A stretch of 64,000 nt of DNA, taken from assembly GCF_036321535.1 (NCBI RefSeq), contig NC_087437.1, forward strand, positions 75,580,001-75,644,000, written 5' to 3'. Source of the DNA: Camelus dromedarius (taxonomy: Eukaryota). The notes under the pieces were generated by a model, which worked only from the letters and a program-made list of their open reading frames with translations, ran no database searches and had not been told where the DNA came from. The position numbers and the translations under genes were made by a program. Of the stretch, positions 1 to 13,850 are shown one piece after another; positions within the stretch are counted from its first letter, which is position 1; each line of letters begins with the position of its first letter.

Positions 1-2718
1 CAAAACCTTCATTGTATGGTAGAACAGTACTGATAGGAAGTTGAAGCTCAAGGTGGACAGAGCGAAGTGATAACTAAGGGAACATTCACATTGCAAAACA
101 GCTCAGGGTAATGTAGTTAATCCAACAAGCAGTATTTCCTGAAAAAGAAAGGAGGTAGTTCTGAATTTTTATCCATAGCTACATGATGCAAGATAGAAGC
201 AGTAACTTTTCTGGAGGGATGATATAGCTACTAGCTGCATATCAGATTCAACTGTGGAGAATTTAAACACAGAGATGTATGGGCTCCATTCAAACACAGG
301 AAATCAAAACATCCCTTTCGGCTGGAGGATGGGCGTCTGCAGAACAGAAGTATAACCGCCGTTTAGTGAACTAGTTTTTAATAGACTAGGATCATGAACC
401 CTACACATCTAAGAAGATGCTCACTAAATGTTAGCTTTGGTATCTATAAGGGTTAATCCTGAATTACCTTGACTTTATAGCCAGAAACTACCAATGACAG
501 AACAGTATTATAAAACACATGTCTTATTGATGTATATTGAATGATTATCTTAAGACTCAGGTAAGTTCAACTCATTTCTCAAACTAAAAGAACCTCCTCT
601 TTAGTTTTGTAGCCTTAATTGACATCAAGCATAGGTGCCCTCCTTTCCCTCTCTCTGTGACTTTTAGAATGGATCCCTAATCAGGATATAACTACCCAAA
701 CAGACCTTTCTGGATTCATGGTACTTTTCATTATCATTTTAAGCTTTCAACCCAGTAGTTTATGCTAAAGCAAAGTTAGAGAACTATCTCCCATCCCTGC
801 ATACATAGTCTTTAAACAGGCCTGTCAGAAGTGAGATAGACAGACCATGGAGACAGCAGTCCACTTTGTCTATTCCAGTCTGACTATAAAAAGCAAGGGG
901 ACTTTAAGAAAGATAAAGTATAATCCTACCAGTCTTCAAGAAAAGACAGGCCCTAGTTCAATAATTAGATTCTGTATAACTCAAGGTAAGCCTATTGCTT
1001 TATCAAATCCATAATGAAAAGTACGGATTGGTAGGAAAGCTGTTTTTCTCATTTCAATGGATCTTTGTTTTCTCTTTAGAATTCAGTACATTTCCTAAGT
1101 TACCAAGCTATGCAAATTGTCACAGGCAAAATCGAATTTATAAATAAATGATATCTATTGCTGCAGAAGACTAAAATAAGAATTTTATATTTAGTGATAG
1201 GTCAAAGCTAAGTTTCCAATAAGGATTGCATTCGTGATAGAGCTTTGTACTGAGTTTTAGCTAGTCCCTGAGCCAATTTATTTTAAATGGCGGATTTTCT
1301 TATCTTCCCAACTCATTTTAGTTTGGAAAAACTGCCTTCAATCTGATACCTCTGAGTTCTCCAAACAATATCACAAATTAGCTAGCTCTTCATGTATAAA
1401 TCACATAGAGATTAAACAAACTCAGGGACAATTTGACACACAGCCATAAGATGTATTTTGGTGTGGTCTCATTTATTTCCCTCTTGCTTCTTCTGTTACG
1501 TTGCATTTTAACCACTGTGCAGATAAACATTAAATACTTTAATCCATTTTATTATCTAATATTCTTCATTTACTTTTTGGTAATATTTTTAAAGGGAGAT
1601 ATAAGTAGGGGAAGGTTAAAGATTTGTTCTGGATGTCCTTCAGGACAAAGGCCTGTCACTCTTTCCAAGCCTCTGATAGTTCTCTTACTGCAGTAAACAT
1701 TGCATTGAATATACTGAGAAGGTCCTTAAGAAGTCCTTAATTAGTTACCTATTAAGATCATTTAATTACCTTTGGATAAGAACTCAGTTCCCCAATTCCC
1801 TGGTTAGAAAGGCCATTTTGGGAGGCAAGTTAGGATTTTATTATTTTGGAATTGTATGTCAGACTGGAGTTGAAATGTTTACCAATCACTTCAGACAAAG
1901 GGAGAATCTTGAAAAAGCTCCCTGAAGTTCGTTATTTGGATAATTCCAGGTTTTCATCAACCTGGATTTAATTCAGATGAAGGAGAAAAGAAAACTTAAC
2001 TCTTACAGTAGAACTTGAACTAAATGAACTTGTAATTTTATTGTCCTACATAGTTTTGCTCCCAAAGTAGGTTTAAGGGAAGAACAGTTAATTGAATGCC
2101 TATTAAGCACCTGTGTGGCAGGTGCAGGAGAACAAGGAAGACCGAAACAGAAGTAAACAGGCAATTATAATCCAAGTTGAAATGTGTTAGGAGCGTAAAT
2201 CCAGGAAGCTAGTGGTGGCAACAAAGCTGCAGGTTTTCTGCAGCCTTCCTTGCAGGATCCTGTTACCCTGCCGTGGTGGTTTTAAAAAAAAGGCCACAAA
2301 ACTATGTCACTCTTCCCATCAAAAGAGGGGAGGGGTTGTCCCTTCCCCATGAGACTGAGTGGGCTACAATACAGCAGATGTTGGATCAGAAAAGATGTTC
2401 CTTGTTCACTGTTACAACGCTTACACTTGGAGCCCTAAGCCAAACTGTAAGATGCCTGACTACCCAGAGGTCATCCTGTTGTAAAAGTCAAGCCGCATGG
2501 AGAGGCCATGTGTAGGCACTCTAGTGGGCAGTCCTCATCGTCACACCATCCCAGCCCAGGTGCCTGTCATAAGTGAATTAGCCTTCAGAGGAATCCAGCC
2601 CCTGAACACCGAGCTGCCCCAGACTTCCAGTCTTCCTACTTAGTGCCCGAAACATTATAGAGAAAAGACGAGCCATGCTTGATATGCTGTATTTGAGTTC
2701 CTGGCCCACAGAATATAC

Positions 2719-3370
2719 TATCAAAAGAAAATTCAGAGGGCTTTACTTAATATAAATACTTTATCAAGCAAGAAAAAATTGTTCATAAACAGAGAGACTT
2801 CAAAAGTGATACAAAGTTCAGGTCTCAGCAGTTACAGTTCAGTTTACAAAGCATGAATGAGAACATACAGTTGATTCTTGAACAGCCCTAGGGTTAGGAG
2901 CACCTGTCTCAGCGCAGTGGAAAATCTGCATGTAACTTATAGTCAGCCTTCTCTATACATGGTTTCTCCAAATTCATAGGCCCTCTCTTTCTGCAGTTCA
3001 GCATCCTTGGATTCAACCAACCATGCAGTACTATACTTAGTATTGAAAAAAAATGCACGTATAAATGGACCCACACAGTTTAAACCCATGTTGTTCAAGG
3101 GTAAACTGTACGTTGTTTTCTACTGTGACTGGTTTACTAGAAACTTATATTTGTTTTAGGGTGACAGCACTATATAAGCTCACTAATTTGTAGATGATTG
3201 GCTAGGAAGCTGTAAGTTCACCCTGACATGAAGAAAGCTTAAGATTTGTTTAAAATCAGAGTCAGCATTTCAAGGAAACCAGGACAGCTTAAGTTCTGGT
3301 TATGTGGCTATGAATGTTTGGTCTAGGGGTATATTCAAACTGTGGCCTCCATTTTGGTTTTTCTTTAACA
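2719..3370 (-). mobile_element. ERV1/MER4-group-like solo LTR nested in the MLT1
   Basis: Minus strand begins TGTTAAAGAAAAAACCAAAATGGAGGCC. Flanked by ATAC/CTAC, a possible degenerate 4-bp TSD. Confidence 0.55.
2868..3108. mobile_element. Tigger2/MER8-like non-autonomous TcMar DNA transposon
   Basis: TIRs CAGTTGATTCTTGAACA... and ...TGTTCAAGGGTAAACTG, with TA on both sides (2866-67, 3109-10). Length 241 bp. Confidence 0.85.
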
Positions 3371-3449
3371 CTACAAATAGAATGAGGTCTTAAGCTGCAA
3401 AATTTTGTTGTATCTTGTTATCCATAAATAGCAACTAGAACACTGATTA

Positions 3450-6400
3450 AGCTGTGGTGGCCATGCAAATGAACAGAATTGACCAGAGGCTTCAACAGCT
3501 GCAAACTGAAAAACCACTATCTGAACAGAGGCAATGCACCCAAGGGCTGCTTCCAGGCAATGACTGAGTTCTGCAGGAGGCCTTCTCTGACAGGTGATCT
3601 TGGCTGGATTCCTTGACGGCCTTGCTGAGCCTTCCTAAGACTGTAATGACATGCTTTCAACTTTCCATCTCTTCCTCACTGGCAGTCAGACTTGCCCTTG
3701 TTCCGACAGCTCTTGCAGACTTTTCCATCTCCCTCATCACATGGGCATTTTCTGTAGTAAAATCCCTTTATGTTTAACCCAGTCTCAGTGTCTGATTTTA
3801 CAGGACCCAGACAGACAAACATTAGTGGTATGAGCAAAAGCAAGCAGGAAGACAGGGGTGTGGTACTAGCTCGTCTACCACCAGGCAGAGGAAGGGCACT
3901 GTCTGGCTTTGTAGGTGGAATACACACAGCTTCTGGCAGAAGACAGTAGCTGAATTGCTAGATTTCAGTAACCTCTCACCAGTGCATTCTTGATGGCCTT
4001 GGTAAATGCTCTCTGGAAAATATTCCAGTGGAGGTGAATGCTGTGACAGGTAGGGATGATACTGGCATTTGAAACATTTGGAGGGGAGCAATGCTTACAA
4101 AGATAGAGGGGTTGGCTGGTTACTGCTAAGTTGCATTGACATTCTGCAGAGATTATGGAAGATGAGGGCTGTAAACCATTAGTTAGCATCTAAACAGCAG
4201 AGCCAGAGGGCCTGGGTGGTAGCTTACAAATAGGCCTGTCTTCTGCCAGAAGAGCCGACACAGTTGAACAGCATGCTGAAGACTTGAAAAAGTCCCAGAG
4301 CTCCAGAGACATATTAATCCTCAGCCAAGGCAGGTTAGTTGTGTGAAAGTCAGAGCCCTGGTGGGGAAAACCTAGAACCCTGAAATAGTATAGGGACATC
4401 TGAGTGGATGTCCTGAGGATGTCGACTCTGCAACCTTCCAGACCCTTGGGGTTGCAAAGGCAGCACACCCCTCCCCAGTAAGAACCAGCATCTCTGTAGC
4501 ATCTCCTAGCACAGCAGAATTTTCACCCTGTCAAGGCAATAGAAGATACCCACACAGGCTACCCCTGCCATCTCTCCTGGCTGCCAGGCCAATAAGAAAT
4601 CCTAGCTTAACCCAGCTAGAGATGGGCTGCTGGGCCTTATAAGGGAAGAAAGAGACTATGCACATAAACAATTATATATATGAATGAGCTGAGATATACT
4701 AGTAGGAGCCAGGAAATTACTCCTGAAAGTGGATTTTGAAAGTGCTTGATCAGTGAGGAAGAATACACAACTGAATAAGCAAGAATTCGTTGACTTAGGG
4801 ACACTTTATCCAGACCCAGAATTTAATAACCCAACAGGATAGGTAAACTTACAGCTAGGGCAGCTCCTTAGAAGCCTAGCTAACTCTCAATAAAGTTGCC
4901 CGAACAGGAGGCAGATGAAGGAATTAAGTTGCTGAGGAAAGTGGGCATGTGGGATGGGTACCTAAGGCCAAAGACCCACCAGAGATGGAGTTCTACAGGA
5001 GGGTGCAGAGAGCACACCGTTCACCAACACCACCAGGAACGCACTGATGAGAGGGGCCCCAGCACCTCTACTGAAGTCTGAGGTGGCCTTCTGCTACCAG
5101 CCAGGGATGTTAATGCGAGAAGCACTTGCATAGCTGGGCTGCTTAACATCCATGGAGATGAAGGGGCTTTAAGTAACCGAGGCCAGATGGCAGGACTTGC
5201 CTGTCAGGAGCCAGGAAGCTGTAATTATCATAATGACTGGCAAGACCAGAGGGCAGGGCAGCTGAGGCCGCTTGACCCACAGGGAATTGTAGAGACGGTT
5301 AGTAGAGCATGATGTCTCTAGGGGCAAAAAAAAAAAAAGGGGGGGGGCAGCTAACATTACAATCAAATAAAGAACAGAGGAGCAGGATGCTGAAAGTGCT
5401 TGCCCAGCACAGCCATGATCACTTGCTCAGTTCCCAGACCAGATTTTCACGTCTGTAACCCTTTGACTAAAGAAGGGGCTGGGGTTCTAGGAGGAAGGAC
5501 TCTGCCACACCAAGGCCAAGTGTGTACCACGACAACAGAGTGCCTGTATGTGTGATTTGAGTTGATACACTTGGCAGCTGGAGCAATCTCCACACTATGT
5601 CCTGGTCTCTGGAGTAAGACCTATCAGTGGGGACAGTCAAATGGAAACCTCTGAAACTGCCTCTCAAGACAGTAAAACAAAAACACTACCATATCCCATG
5701 GAGGGGTGTGGCAAAGGTGAATACCAGCATTAAATATCTGAAGATGCAGGAATGGTGGACTATACCCTATCTCCATTTAATTTGACACTCTGGCCCCTTC
5801 AAAAGCCAGGCAGCTCCTGGAGAATGTCTGTAGATGGTCACAATGTCAACCAAGGTGTATCCTAGATTGTAGCTTCTATACTAGGCATGGTATGGCTGAT
5901 AGAGCAAATTAATATGGCATCGGGTACACAATACACAGCCATTAACCTAGTGAATGTATTCTATTCAATCCCAATCAGGAAAGAGAACTAGAAAGTTTGC
6001 ATTCACATGGATGGACACCACTTCATTTAAAATTTTCCCTCAGGGCTATGTTAACTCTCCTGTCCTCTGTACTAATCCAAAGGGATCTAGACCTTCAGGA
6101 CATCCCACAGAACATCACACCTACCCATTACATCCATGATATAATAATGATTGAGCAAGAGTTGGCTAGCATGATGGAGGCCTGGGTAAGATGCACGTAC
6201 TCTAGAGGGTGAGAGAGCAGATTCAGGTGCAAGTCCCCTCAGAGAAGTTTTGAGAACCCAGTGATCAGAGGCATGTTGGGACTTGCTCCAAAGTAAAAGA
6301 CAAATCACTGTATCCTGCATTCCTCACACAAAGAAGGACACAAAACACATAGGTCTCTTCAGTTTTCAGAGGCAACATATTCCAAATCTGGGAATATTCA

Positions 6401-6660
6401 CTCCACCCATACACAGGGTGATACAAAAGGCTGCCAGCTCCGACTGAGGCCCTTAGACTGACTGGTGGTGAAAAGTGAACACTTCTACCCAAATTTTCTT
6501 CCCTTTATTCTTCACTTGGGGCCAGTCCTGTACCAAGACCTTACTGCTGACCCAGTCTTTGCCAGCTCCCTTCCCATGTTCCATCCTAGGCATACAGCCT
6601 ATAAATGAGATTGCATGTCTAATCACATTTCAATCTCTGATTCTTGGAAGACTCTAACAG
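3450..6660 (+). mobile_element. Decayed ERVL-class provirus (LTR16 / ERV3-16A3-like): 5' LTR to about 3821, internal gag/pol remnant, partial 3' LTR about 6470-6660
   Basis: LTR end ...caggacccagacagacaaaca followed by PBS-like agtggta. RT motifs fragmented across frames at about 5690-6150 (SPFN, WPLQKPGSSWRMSVD, FAFTW, FPQGYVNSP, DIPQNITPTHYIHD as a degenerate YIDD). Multiple stops and frameshifts. Confidence 0.85.
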
Positions 6661-7329
6661 AAGTGCTTTAGAGAAAAGTCACCTAAAGAATAAGAAATCA
6701 TTGCCATCTTTAAAAGGAGGCTCTAGAGGAAACAGAGGGGATGAACTGAATTTACAGAGTGAGGAGAGGATGGTCACATGGGGTAAGAAACAATGAGAGT
6801 GTGTGCAACAGTTCTCATCACTCCGCCCTCTCCAGTCCCAGCTGAGAAGAAGCCAGAACCATCAACTGGTGCGAATAAGAGTTCATCAGAGGTGTCATTA
6901 GCATGACCTCGGTGGCGCTGACTACAAAGCCAGACAAAGGCAGAAGAGATAAAGAGTCCCATCAGCCATTATTAAAATATCATTACAATATTATTTAGGT
7001 CACCAATGAAAAATTGGTAGCTCAGCCAGACAGGAAGACTGTTAAATATTTCAACTAGGTGGTTAAGGATTAATGAAGAAAGTCAATTACTACCAGGTAG
7101 AGAGTTGCAATCTCAAATCACAGGGAAGTAATTTAACTTTGTTTAATTTAGCAATTTTAGGGTCACACTTGAACCAATTTAAAATAACCTACTATGATAA
7201 CTATGCACTTAACAGTCTCCTCATTGTGGTGACTATTAAAAGGCCTTGAAATATCTGTCTCATATTAGAAGAATCATCCTGGCCACATTCAGCCACTGGG
7301 TCTTGAGTTCTATTCAGTGATATCTCAGC

Positions 7330-7832
7330 TGTAGGGGATTGGAACACAACACACCAAAATATGCCACTTTGGCATAAGAATTCTCTTGAGCTGAGGACAG
7401 TTGAAAAATAGCAGGTGCCAAAAAAAGCTCTTTGCCATCCTTGACATTTTCCTAAAACCAAACTTAGACTCTTGAATCACTGGAGACTCACCAGCCCAGA
7501 GACAGCACTGACTAATCTACCGTAACATGCCTTATCCAAACAACCTTTATCTTCCACTGGTTCCCCCCATGTATATACCTTGGAAGCTTAAAGCCCTTTT
7601 CCTTTGTCCTGTCTCTTCTCTACACATTTACTGTTCTTCATTAAAATACTGCACAAGCCCAAGTTCTAACCACCCCATTGATTTATTCATCACTGAGTTT
7701 ATCCTGCATGTACCTTCACTGCACAAGTTAATAAACTGTTTATTTTTCTCTTGTTAGTCTATCTTTTTCAGTCTAATTTGCAGGGTCTCAATCAAAGAAT
7801 CTAGAAGGGTAGAGGAAAAAATTTTTTTCAAC
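7330..7832 (+). mobile_element. MER34-family (ERV1) solo LTR
   Basis: Begins TGTAGGGGAT...ccaaaatatgccactttggcataag. AATAAA at about 7730. Ends near ...ctagaagggtagaggaaaaa. Confidence 0.75.
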
Positions 7833-10762
7833 TTTAATTTATTGGATACTTTTTCTTAGCCATTATTTATTGACTTGGTAACCTTTACTCATTTGAGATG
7901 ATGAAACAATTCCCTTTGTAGAGGCAGACACCCAGGAAATTAGTAAAATGTATGTCCCAAAGAACATCACCCCTTTAATTATCTAAGACCCTGTAGCTCA
8001 TTCTGAATTCAAAATTTTATATTTATTTTTATTAAAAAGGATCCCTGCTCCTAAACTGCATAAGCTTTAGGCCCCACAAAGCCCAGATACGTCCCTGGAG
8101 GCTTGTGTAGCGGGCTAAGAAGTACAGATTTGTCCTAAAGCGGGGCATCATGTAAGGATGCCAGGCAGGACAATGATGTGTCCATATTTGCATTTTAGAA
8201 AGATTACTCTGGGAGCAATGCAGACAAAAGTGTGCGAGCGGACCAGACATGCAGGGGAAAATATAAGGAAGCTGTCATTGTATTCCAAGCAAGAATAAAG
8301 ACTTTTTCTTTTTATTTTATGAAAGGACTCGGTGTTTCCTTTGAAAGAGCAAGATCCTCTGGGGCATTTTTACTCATAAAAGCTCTGGCCTCCCATTTCA
8401 GAAGTATTATTCTTCCTGCAAGAGGCTGAGGAGATTCAGATCTTTTGCCATGTAACAGTCTGTCCTTGCCTTCAGAAAGTAAAATATGGAGTTTCCATAC
8501 TCAACAGTGCTAACTGAACAGCATAAGGAGAACAGCAAGAATTTCTGTTTTAAAATTAGCTGTCAATTTAAAAATTGAAAACAGAAGTTTTCCACAGAAC
8601 TTTTTAACCCACTAAGAGATTCAAATAGAGTATATGCTGTATTCCTGGATGATAAACTCAATATTACAAAAATACTGTGAGAGTACACATTTTAAAATTA
8701 AATAAATTTGGAGTTCATCTGGAAGAAGGCTCTATCATAATCAAGACAGCTGAGAGAATTAGAGGAGGGGGATGCCCTACCTGAGAGTAAATCTTGTTTT
8801 AAAGCTTCAAAAACAAAAACAAAAACAAGAACAAGTTTTTTTCACAGGCATGAGGATAAGCAAAGAGAAGTCTGTTCAAAGTCTGAAATCTGGAAATAGA
8901 CCAAATAAGTATAAACATTTCACAGGAACAGGGAACGGGCTGGTAGACGGCTAGCCATTCTCTCACAGCTCTACGGTATGAAGGGGAACCATCAATTCCT
9001 GCTCAATGGCGGAGCTGTGGGGACCATCTCCCTTTCTTTCTGGGGGCTTAGGCAACCACACAGTCTACAGGTTCTCAATTGTCTATTCTTCCTCAGAAAG
9101 TTACTATGACAAATCCATTCTCTGCTTTGGGGTACTGGGGAGAAGGAAGAAAAGTTTCATACTGAGTTTATGAGCATTCCTCTGAACCCTGTAGCCACAA
9201 CTTTTTAAAATGTATTTTTGGCGTGCAGGTCAAGCGCAAAGACTTATTTGAAAATAAGTTGTTAGAAAGTCATAAAAAGAGTTTTTGGCTTATGCTCTTG
9301 ATTCAGGGCTATATTGGGATGAGTTCTTTAGAAGGCACTTAAACACATTTCAATTTGAATTCTTGGTGAATGGGCCACAAGCGCATGCTCTTCTCCAGAT
9401 TCTGGAAATATCTGACTGTATATGGCGGACCCCTTGCTAAAGTTCCGAAATAAAGAGAGTCAGCTCATGCCCCCCTGCACCCTTAAGCAAAAGGCTAAAG
9501 GGCACCAACCCCCAAAATAGACACAAAGGAGAGGAGCCATCACCTTTGCTCTGAAGTTTGGCTCTCCAGGTGAGAAACTATCTCAATCATATTAATTAAT
9601 CTTACTAATTTCTCATAATTCTTCCCAACCCTTCACAGCCTCAGAGACAAATGGGACTCCAGAGACAGAAATCATCCAGAGGAGGCACAACTGACTCTGG
9701 CTTGTGGAGGAGTAGGATTAAAGAAGTCTGGAGAGCCTTCTACCAAAATACACTGTACTTCTCTGTACCCTAGGTTGCACTTGCCAATTCTCACTTGTAT
9801 CCCACAATGGAGTATGAGCTATTTGAGCACAGAGACCAGGCTCATCAGTCTTTGTACCACCATGCCCGAGAATAGTGCCTAACACATTACATGTACTAAA
9901 GTATCTGCTGTGCAAAAAAAATCTAGAAAATACTCTGTGGCTGTCAAAAGCAAAACACTGATCTCTGGGTCTATTAGTTTGGGGTTTCACATTCACACCT
10001 TCAGAAAGGAAGGAAAAAAGTTCTCTCATTGTCACAATCTCACTAGATGCAAAGACAGAATGGATTACTTGTTCTATTCATGAAGCAAAATATGAAGGTT
10101 TGGAGTAGGAAATTACCTCTGCTAAATAGCCAGGAATAAAAATAAGGTGTTTGGATATAATGTTTTATGACCATGTAATGGTTTGAGCAATGGGTTCCAA
10201 AACTCAAGACAAGGTGCCAATAACCATTTGAAAACCAGGCTGTCAGAAAGCCTGGTGTATTGTGCACTGAGATGCAGAGTTGTACCATGAAAGTGTAAAA
10301 TGTAGAAAATTTGGTTTTACTAGGCTGTAGGGACTCCCATTAGGAAAGATTCTTATGACGTTTGTAATTTACTCTCTGTCTTGAATTTAATTTTTCCTTG
10401 GAAAAATGCTGCCCCAGGCTGTAAAATAAATTGAGTCTTCTCAATCTAGATTTCAGAGAATAAACCTATTTCTATTTAATCTTCAAAACTCTGACAAATT
10501 GGATCAATCTTTCTTGTTAGTACCCAATATGTATCAAATTAAGTGTTACTAATATATATGATGAAATAGAACTCTTATCAAGAAACTAGACTGAATGTTT
10601 CAATATTTGCAGTTACTTATCTATTTTCCCATCTGGTAGTGTATACTATAGCTAATCAATCTTCATCAGACCTAAAAAAATCTTGGTTTAAGACCATCTT
10701 CACTACTTCAGTACACATCCCACATAAGAAATTTGGAAGTGTTGCATTTTAATGTCACTTAT

Positions 10763-11030
10763 TGTAGTAAAAGCTGCCAGTGCCTGCCCAGATCCCTTTT
10801 CACCCAGGCTGATGTCCACATTCACCAGCTGCTATGAGTATTGGCTGCTCAGTGTTCACAGCTCCATCTTTCTCCAGAAAATTACCCTTGGCCAATAGAA
10901 GCCACCTCACCCAGCGATGTCTGGGACAGCCCACAGCCAATGACCCAGGGAGAAAGGGGTATAAAGGTCAGTTTTCCTGCCCCAAAGTGGGGCATTTTAT
11001 GTTGCCATTTGTGCCCCAGAGAACATATCA
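10763..11030 (+). mobile_element. LTR16-like ERVL LTR fragment
   Basis: tgtagtaaaagctgccagtgcctgcccagatccc...cagccaatgac...gggtataaagg resembles the LTR16 5' half. Confidence 0.55.
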
Positions 11031-12521
11031 TGGTACCTGTTCTGTTGAATCCACTATGTTCTATTGAATATCCTACCTGATACCTAAAAATCATTTTTTC
11101 ACTATTCTAATTGCTCCTCATCCCAGTTCAGGACATCTCTCAACTGACTGTTAATATTGCCATTTCAATCAATTTTCAGCTTCCTATAGTCCTTCTCTTC
11201 AATATTGCCAGAACACTCTAAGATGCAAATTTAATCATCTTTCACACCACTTCCCACAACACACACGACTCTACTTAAAAGCCTTCAACAATCATCCCCA
11301 TTACGCAGAGGCAGTAAACTGAACTCAGATCACATACATACTTTGTTTCTTCCCTAAGAAAATGAGACTGTGGAGCAAAGCCAAGCCTTAAAATATGTAC
11401 AATATAATTGGATGGCATTTACCTACCCTGAGAGCCAAAGTTAGCTCAAGTACTTAACTACCACCTTGGGGGAGCTAGAAGACTTCCATTAGTACAGAAG
11501 AACTAGAAAACAAAGTAAATCCAGGGGAATGGGTTACAAAACCACTCACTTCCCTTTCTAAGTTAGGGTGTTTGTTACAGCAAGTTAGGACTTAGCGTGT
11601 CCTACTGGTGTTTTGGGCAAGAATCACTTGGACCTCTGGCCCAGGATCTCTTGGTACACTGGATAGGAAATTTCACAGGTTCAGAGGATGATGACTGGTT
11701 TCCAGGTGGGTGAGTATATATTAATCCTGGAAAACTGCAACACTAAGTAATGATAAAGTTAAACCTACAGTAGTAATAATTTTGTTACAGAATAGTGTGT
11801 GCCTACTTGATACTAAGTATTTAACGTTTGAAAATTTAGCCTATTAAAGAAACAGATTGACTTGTGATTCCAGTTTACAATATACAGTTGAATAACTGAT
11901 TTAGACTTTTGGTTTTACCTTGAAATCTATCTTTACAAACAGTATTGGAATATTGAATAGAATTTATTTCCCTCCTCTCCCACTTTTTACTTTTTAGATT
12001 CAGGAGATTTTATAGTATCTGGAATAATCTGTCAGACAATATTAAAATAATATAATAAGTTTAGGAACAGCCTAAAACTTCTATAGGAATTTAAGTTGTA
12101 AATCCCCTCCTTAAACATGACTGTAACAAATTTACTACATTTACAAATTGAATAAAATTTGAATATCAAAAGAATAAGGCTCCTCAATTTTGACCTTCAG
12201 TTCATTAATAAATCAAATATATTTAGCAACTAAAGGAGCCCCTGAAATAACATTCTGTGTAGAAAGGTCATTCTCAAAGTCATTAGGATCTCACATTGAC
12301 ATACAAATCCAAGTTCAGATCCTTGCAAAATCATACAACATAGCAAAACTGAGCTGAAATCCTGCATGACAAAAAAGTCACTTCCTTGAGATGGTGTGTG
12401 AGTTTTCTAGTTCACCATAGTCCCTCCCCACACCAGGTACACACATCACTCAGTCACTCATTTACCTTTACATTCCTGGTCCTTATAACGGCATTTGCTA
12501 TTTCAACCTATGCATCTACAG

Positions 12522-12735
12522 CAGTGGTTCTCAACCAGGTGTGATCTTGTCACCCAGGGGCTGGTTGGCAACGTCTAGAGATATTTTTGGCTTTTACAAT
12601 TATAGGTGGGTGCTACTGGCATCTAGTGGGTAGAGGCCAGGGATGCTGTTAAAATCTTACAATGCACAGAGAAGCCCCAACAACAAAGGATTATCCAGCC
12701 TAAAATGTCAATAGTGCTAAGGCTGAAAAATCCTG
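12522..12735 (+). mobile_element. MER20 (hAT-Charlie MITE)
   Basis: cagtggttctcaacc...gctactggcatctagtgggtagaggccagggatgctg...aatgtcaatagtgc...aaatcctg, about 215 bp. Confidence 0.9.
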
Positions 12736-12859
12736 ACCTAGGAGAAAACATCTAAAATCCTGCAACATGGCACAGAGGCCTTGCAATGATCTATTATCTG
12801 CATATCCTGGACATTGACATTAAGCGGGTCCCAAGTCACCTTCTTTCTTCACTGTTTAC

Positions 12860-13850
12860 AGAGTCCTCTTTTGTATCTAATTTCTTAAATTCTGATGGGT
12901 TTCTCTTTTCTTTAAAATTTGTTCTTTATTTCCATCAAGAAATCCTTCCTTACATTGAAATTAAAGATGCTCTAATTTGCTTCCTGCTAACCATCCTACA
13001 AATATTTCACATTTATATCCTCAATCCATCTGGAATTTACGTGCTGGAATTCAGAGGTATAATTTTGTTTCCATGCAGATAACCCATGACTTCAACAGCA
13101 CTTATTGAATAGTTCATCTGTCTCCCCTGGTTGGTAACACCAACTTTGTTATACACTGAATTTCCATATAAACTCTCACCTGTTTCCAGGCTATTTTCTA
13201 TTTATTCCTGTGATGTCACTGCTTTAAGTTATACTTTCCCTAGGAAATTTACTATCTGATATGATCCCTTCCTCATCCTTCTTTATTTACTCCTACATAA
13301 ATTTACTCCTATATAAATTTTCATATCAGGGCTCTTGGAATTTTAGTTGAAACTACACTGAGTTTATGTTTTGGGTAAAAATAATTGTTTTTTTTTATTC
13401 ATGATTATTACATCCCTATTTGAATTTTCCATGACTTTCAGTAAAGCTTAACAATATTTCTGTGATCATAATGATAGACTTATTCCTGGGTGCTATATAT
13501 GGTTTGTTTTTCATTTTCAAGTAAGTTTTCTTTAGTTTGCATCTTGTATATGGCAACCTTGCTGAGCTGTCTGTGGATTCTTTTGGATTTTCACTTAATC
13601 ATACACCTGCAACAGTCTCTTCTTCTGCTATACTTACCCCCAATTTTTTGTCTCACTGTACTGGATCTGATCTCTAGCACAGTTTTGAAGAGTAGACATC
13701 TTCACCTTGTTATTGACTTTAAGAGGCTTGCCTCTAATACTTCACATTTAAACATCACTTTTTTCTTTCTAAATTTGTGGGAGATACTTTCTATCAGGTT
13801 AAGGAAGTTGTATTCAATTAGTGGTTTCCTAAGTTTTTAACATCCTAAAT
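12860..13850 (-). mobile_element. Old L1 (L1M-type) fragment
   Basis: T-rich, with degenerate antisense L1 ORF2 motifs (ccatctggaattta, catcttcaccttgttattgac, tatcaggttaaggaagtt). Confidence 0.6.

Larger units (their letters stand above)
2272..3442 (+). mobile_element. MaLR LTR (MLT1F-like), interrupted by an insertion at 2719-3370
   Basis: Start gtggtggttttaaaa...ctcttcccatcaaaagagggg and end ...ttgttatccataaatagcaactagaaca resemble recalled MLT1 termini. Confidence 0.65.
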
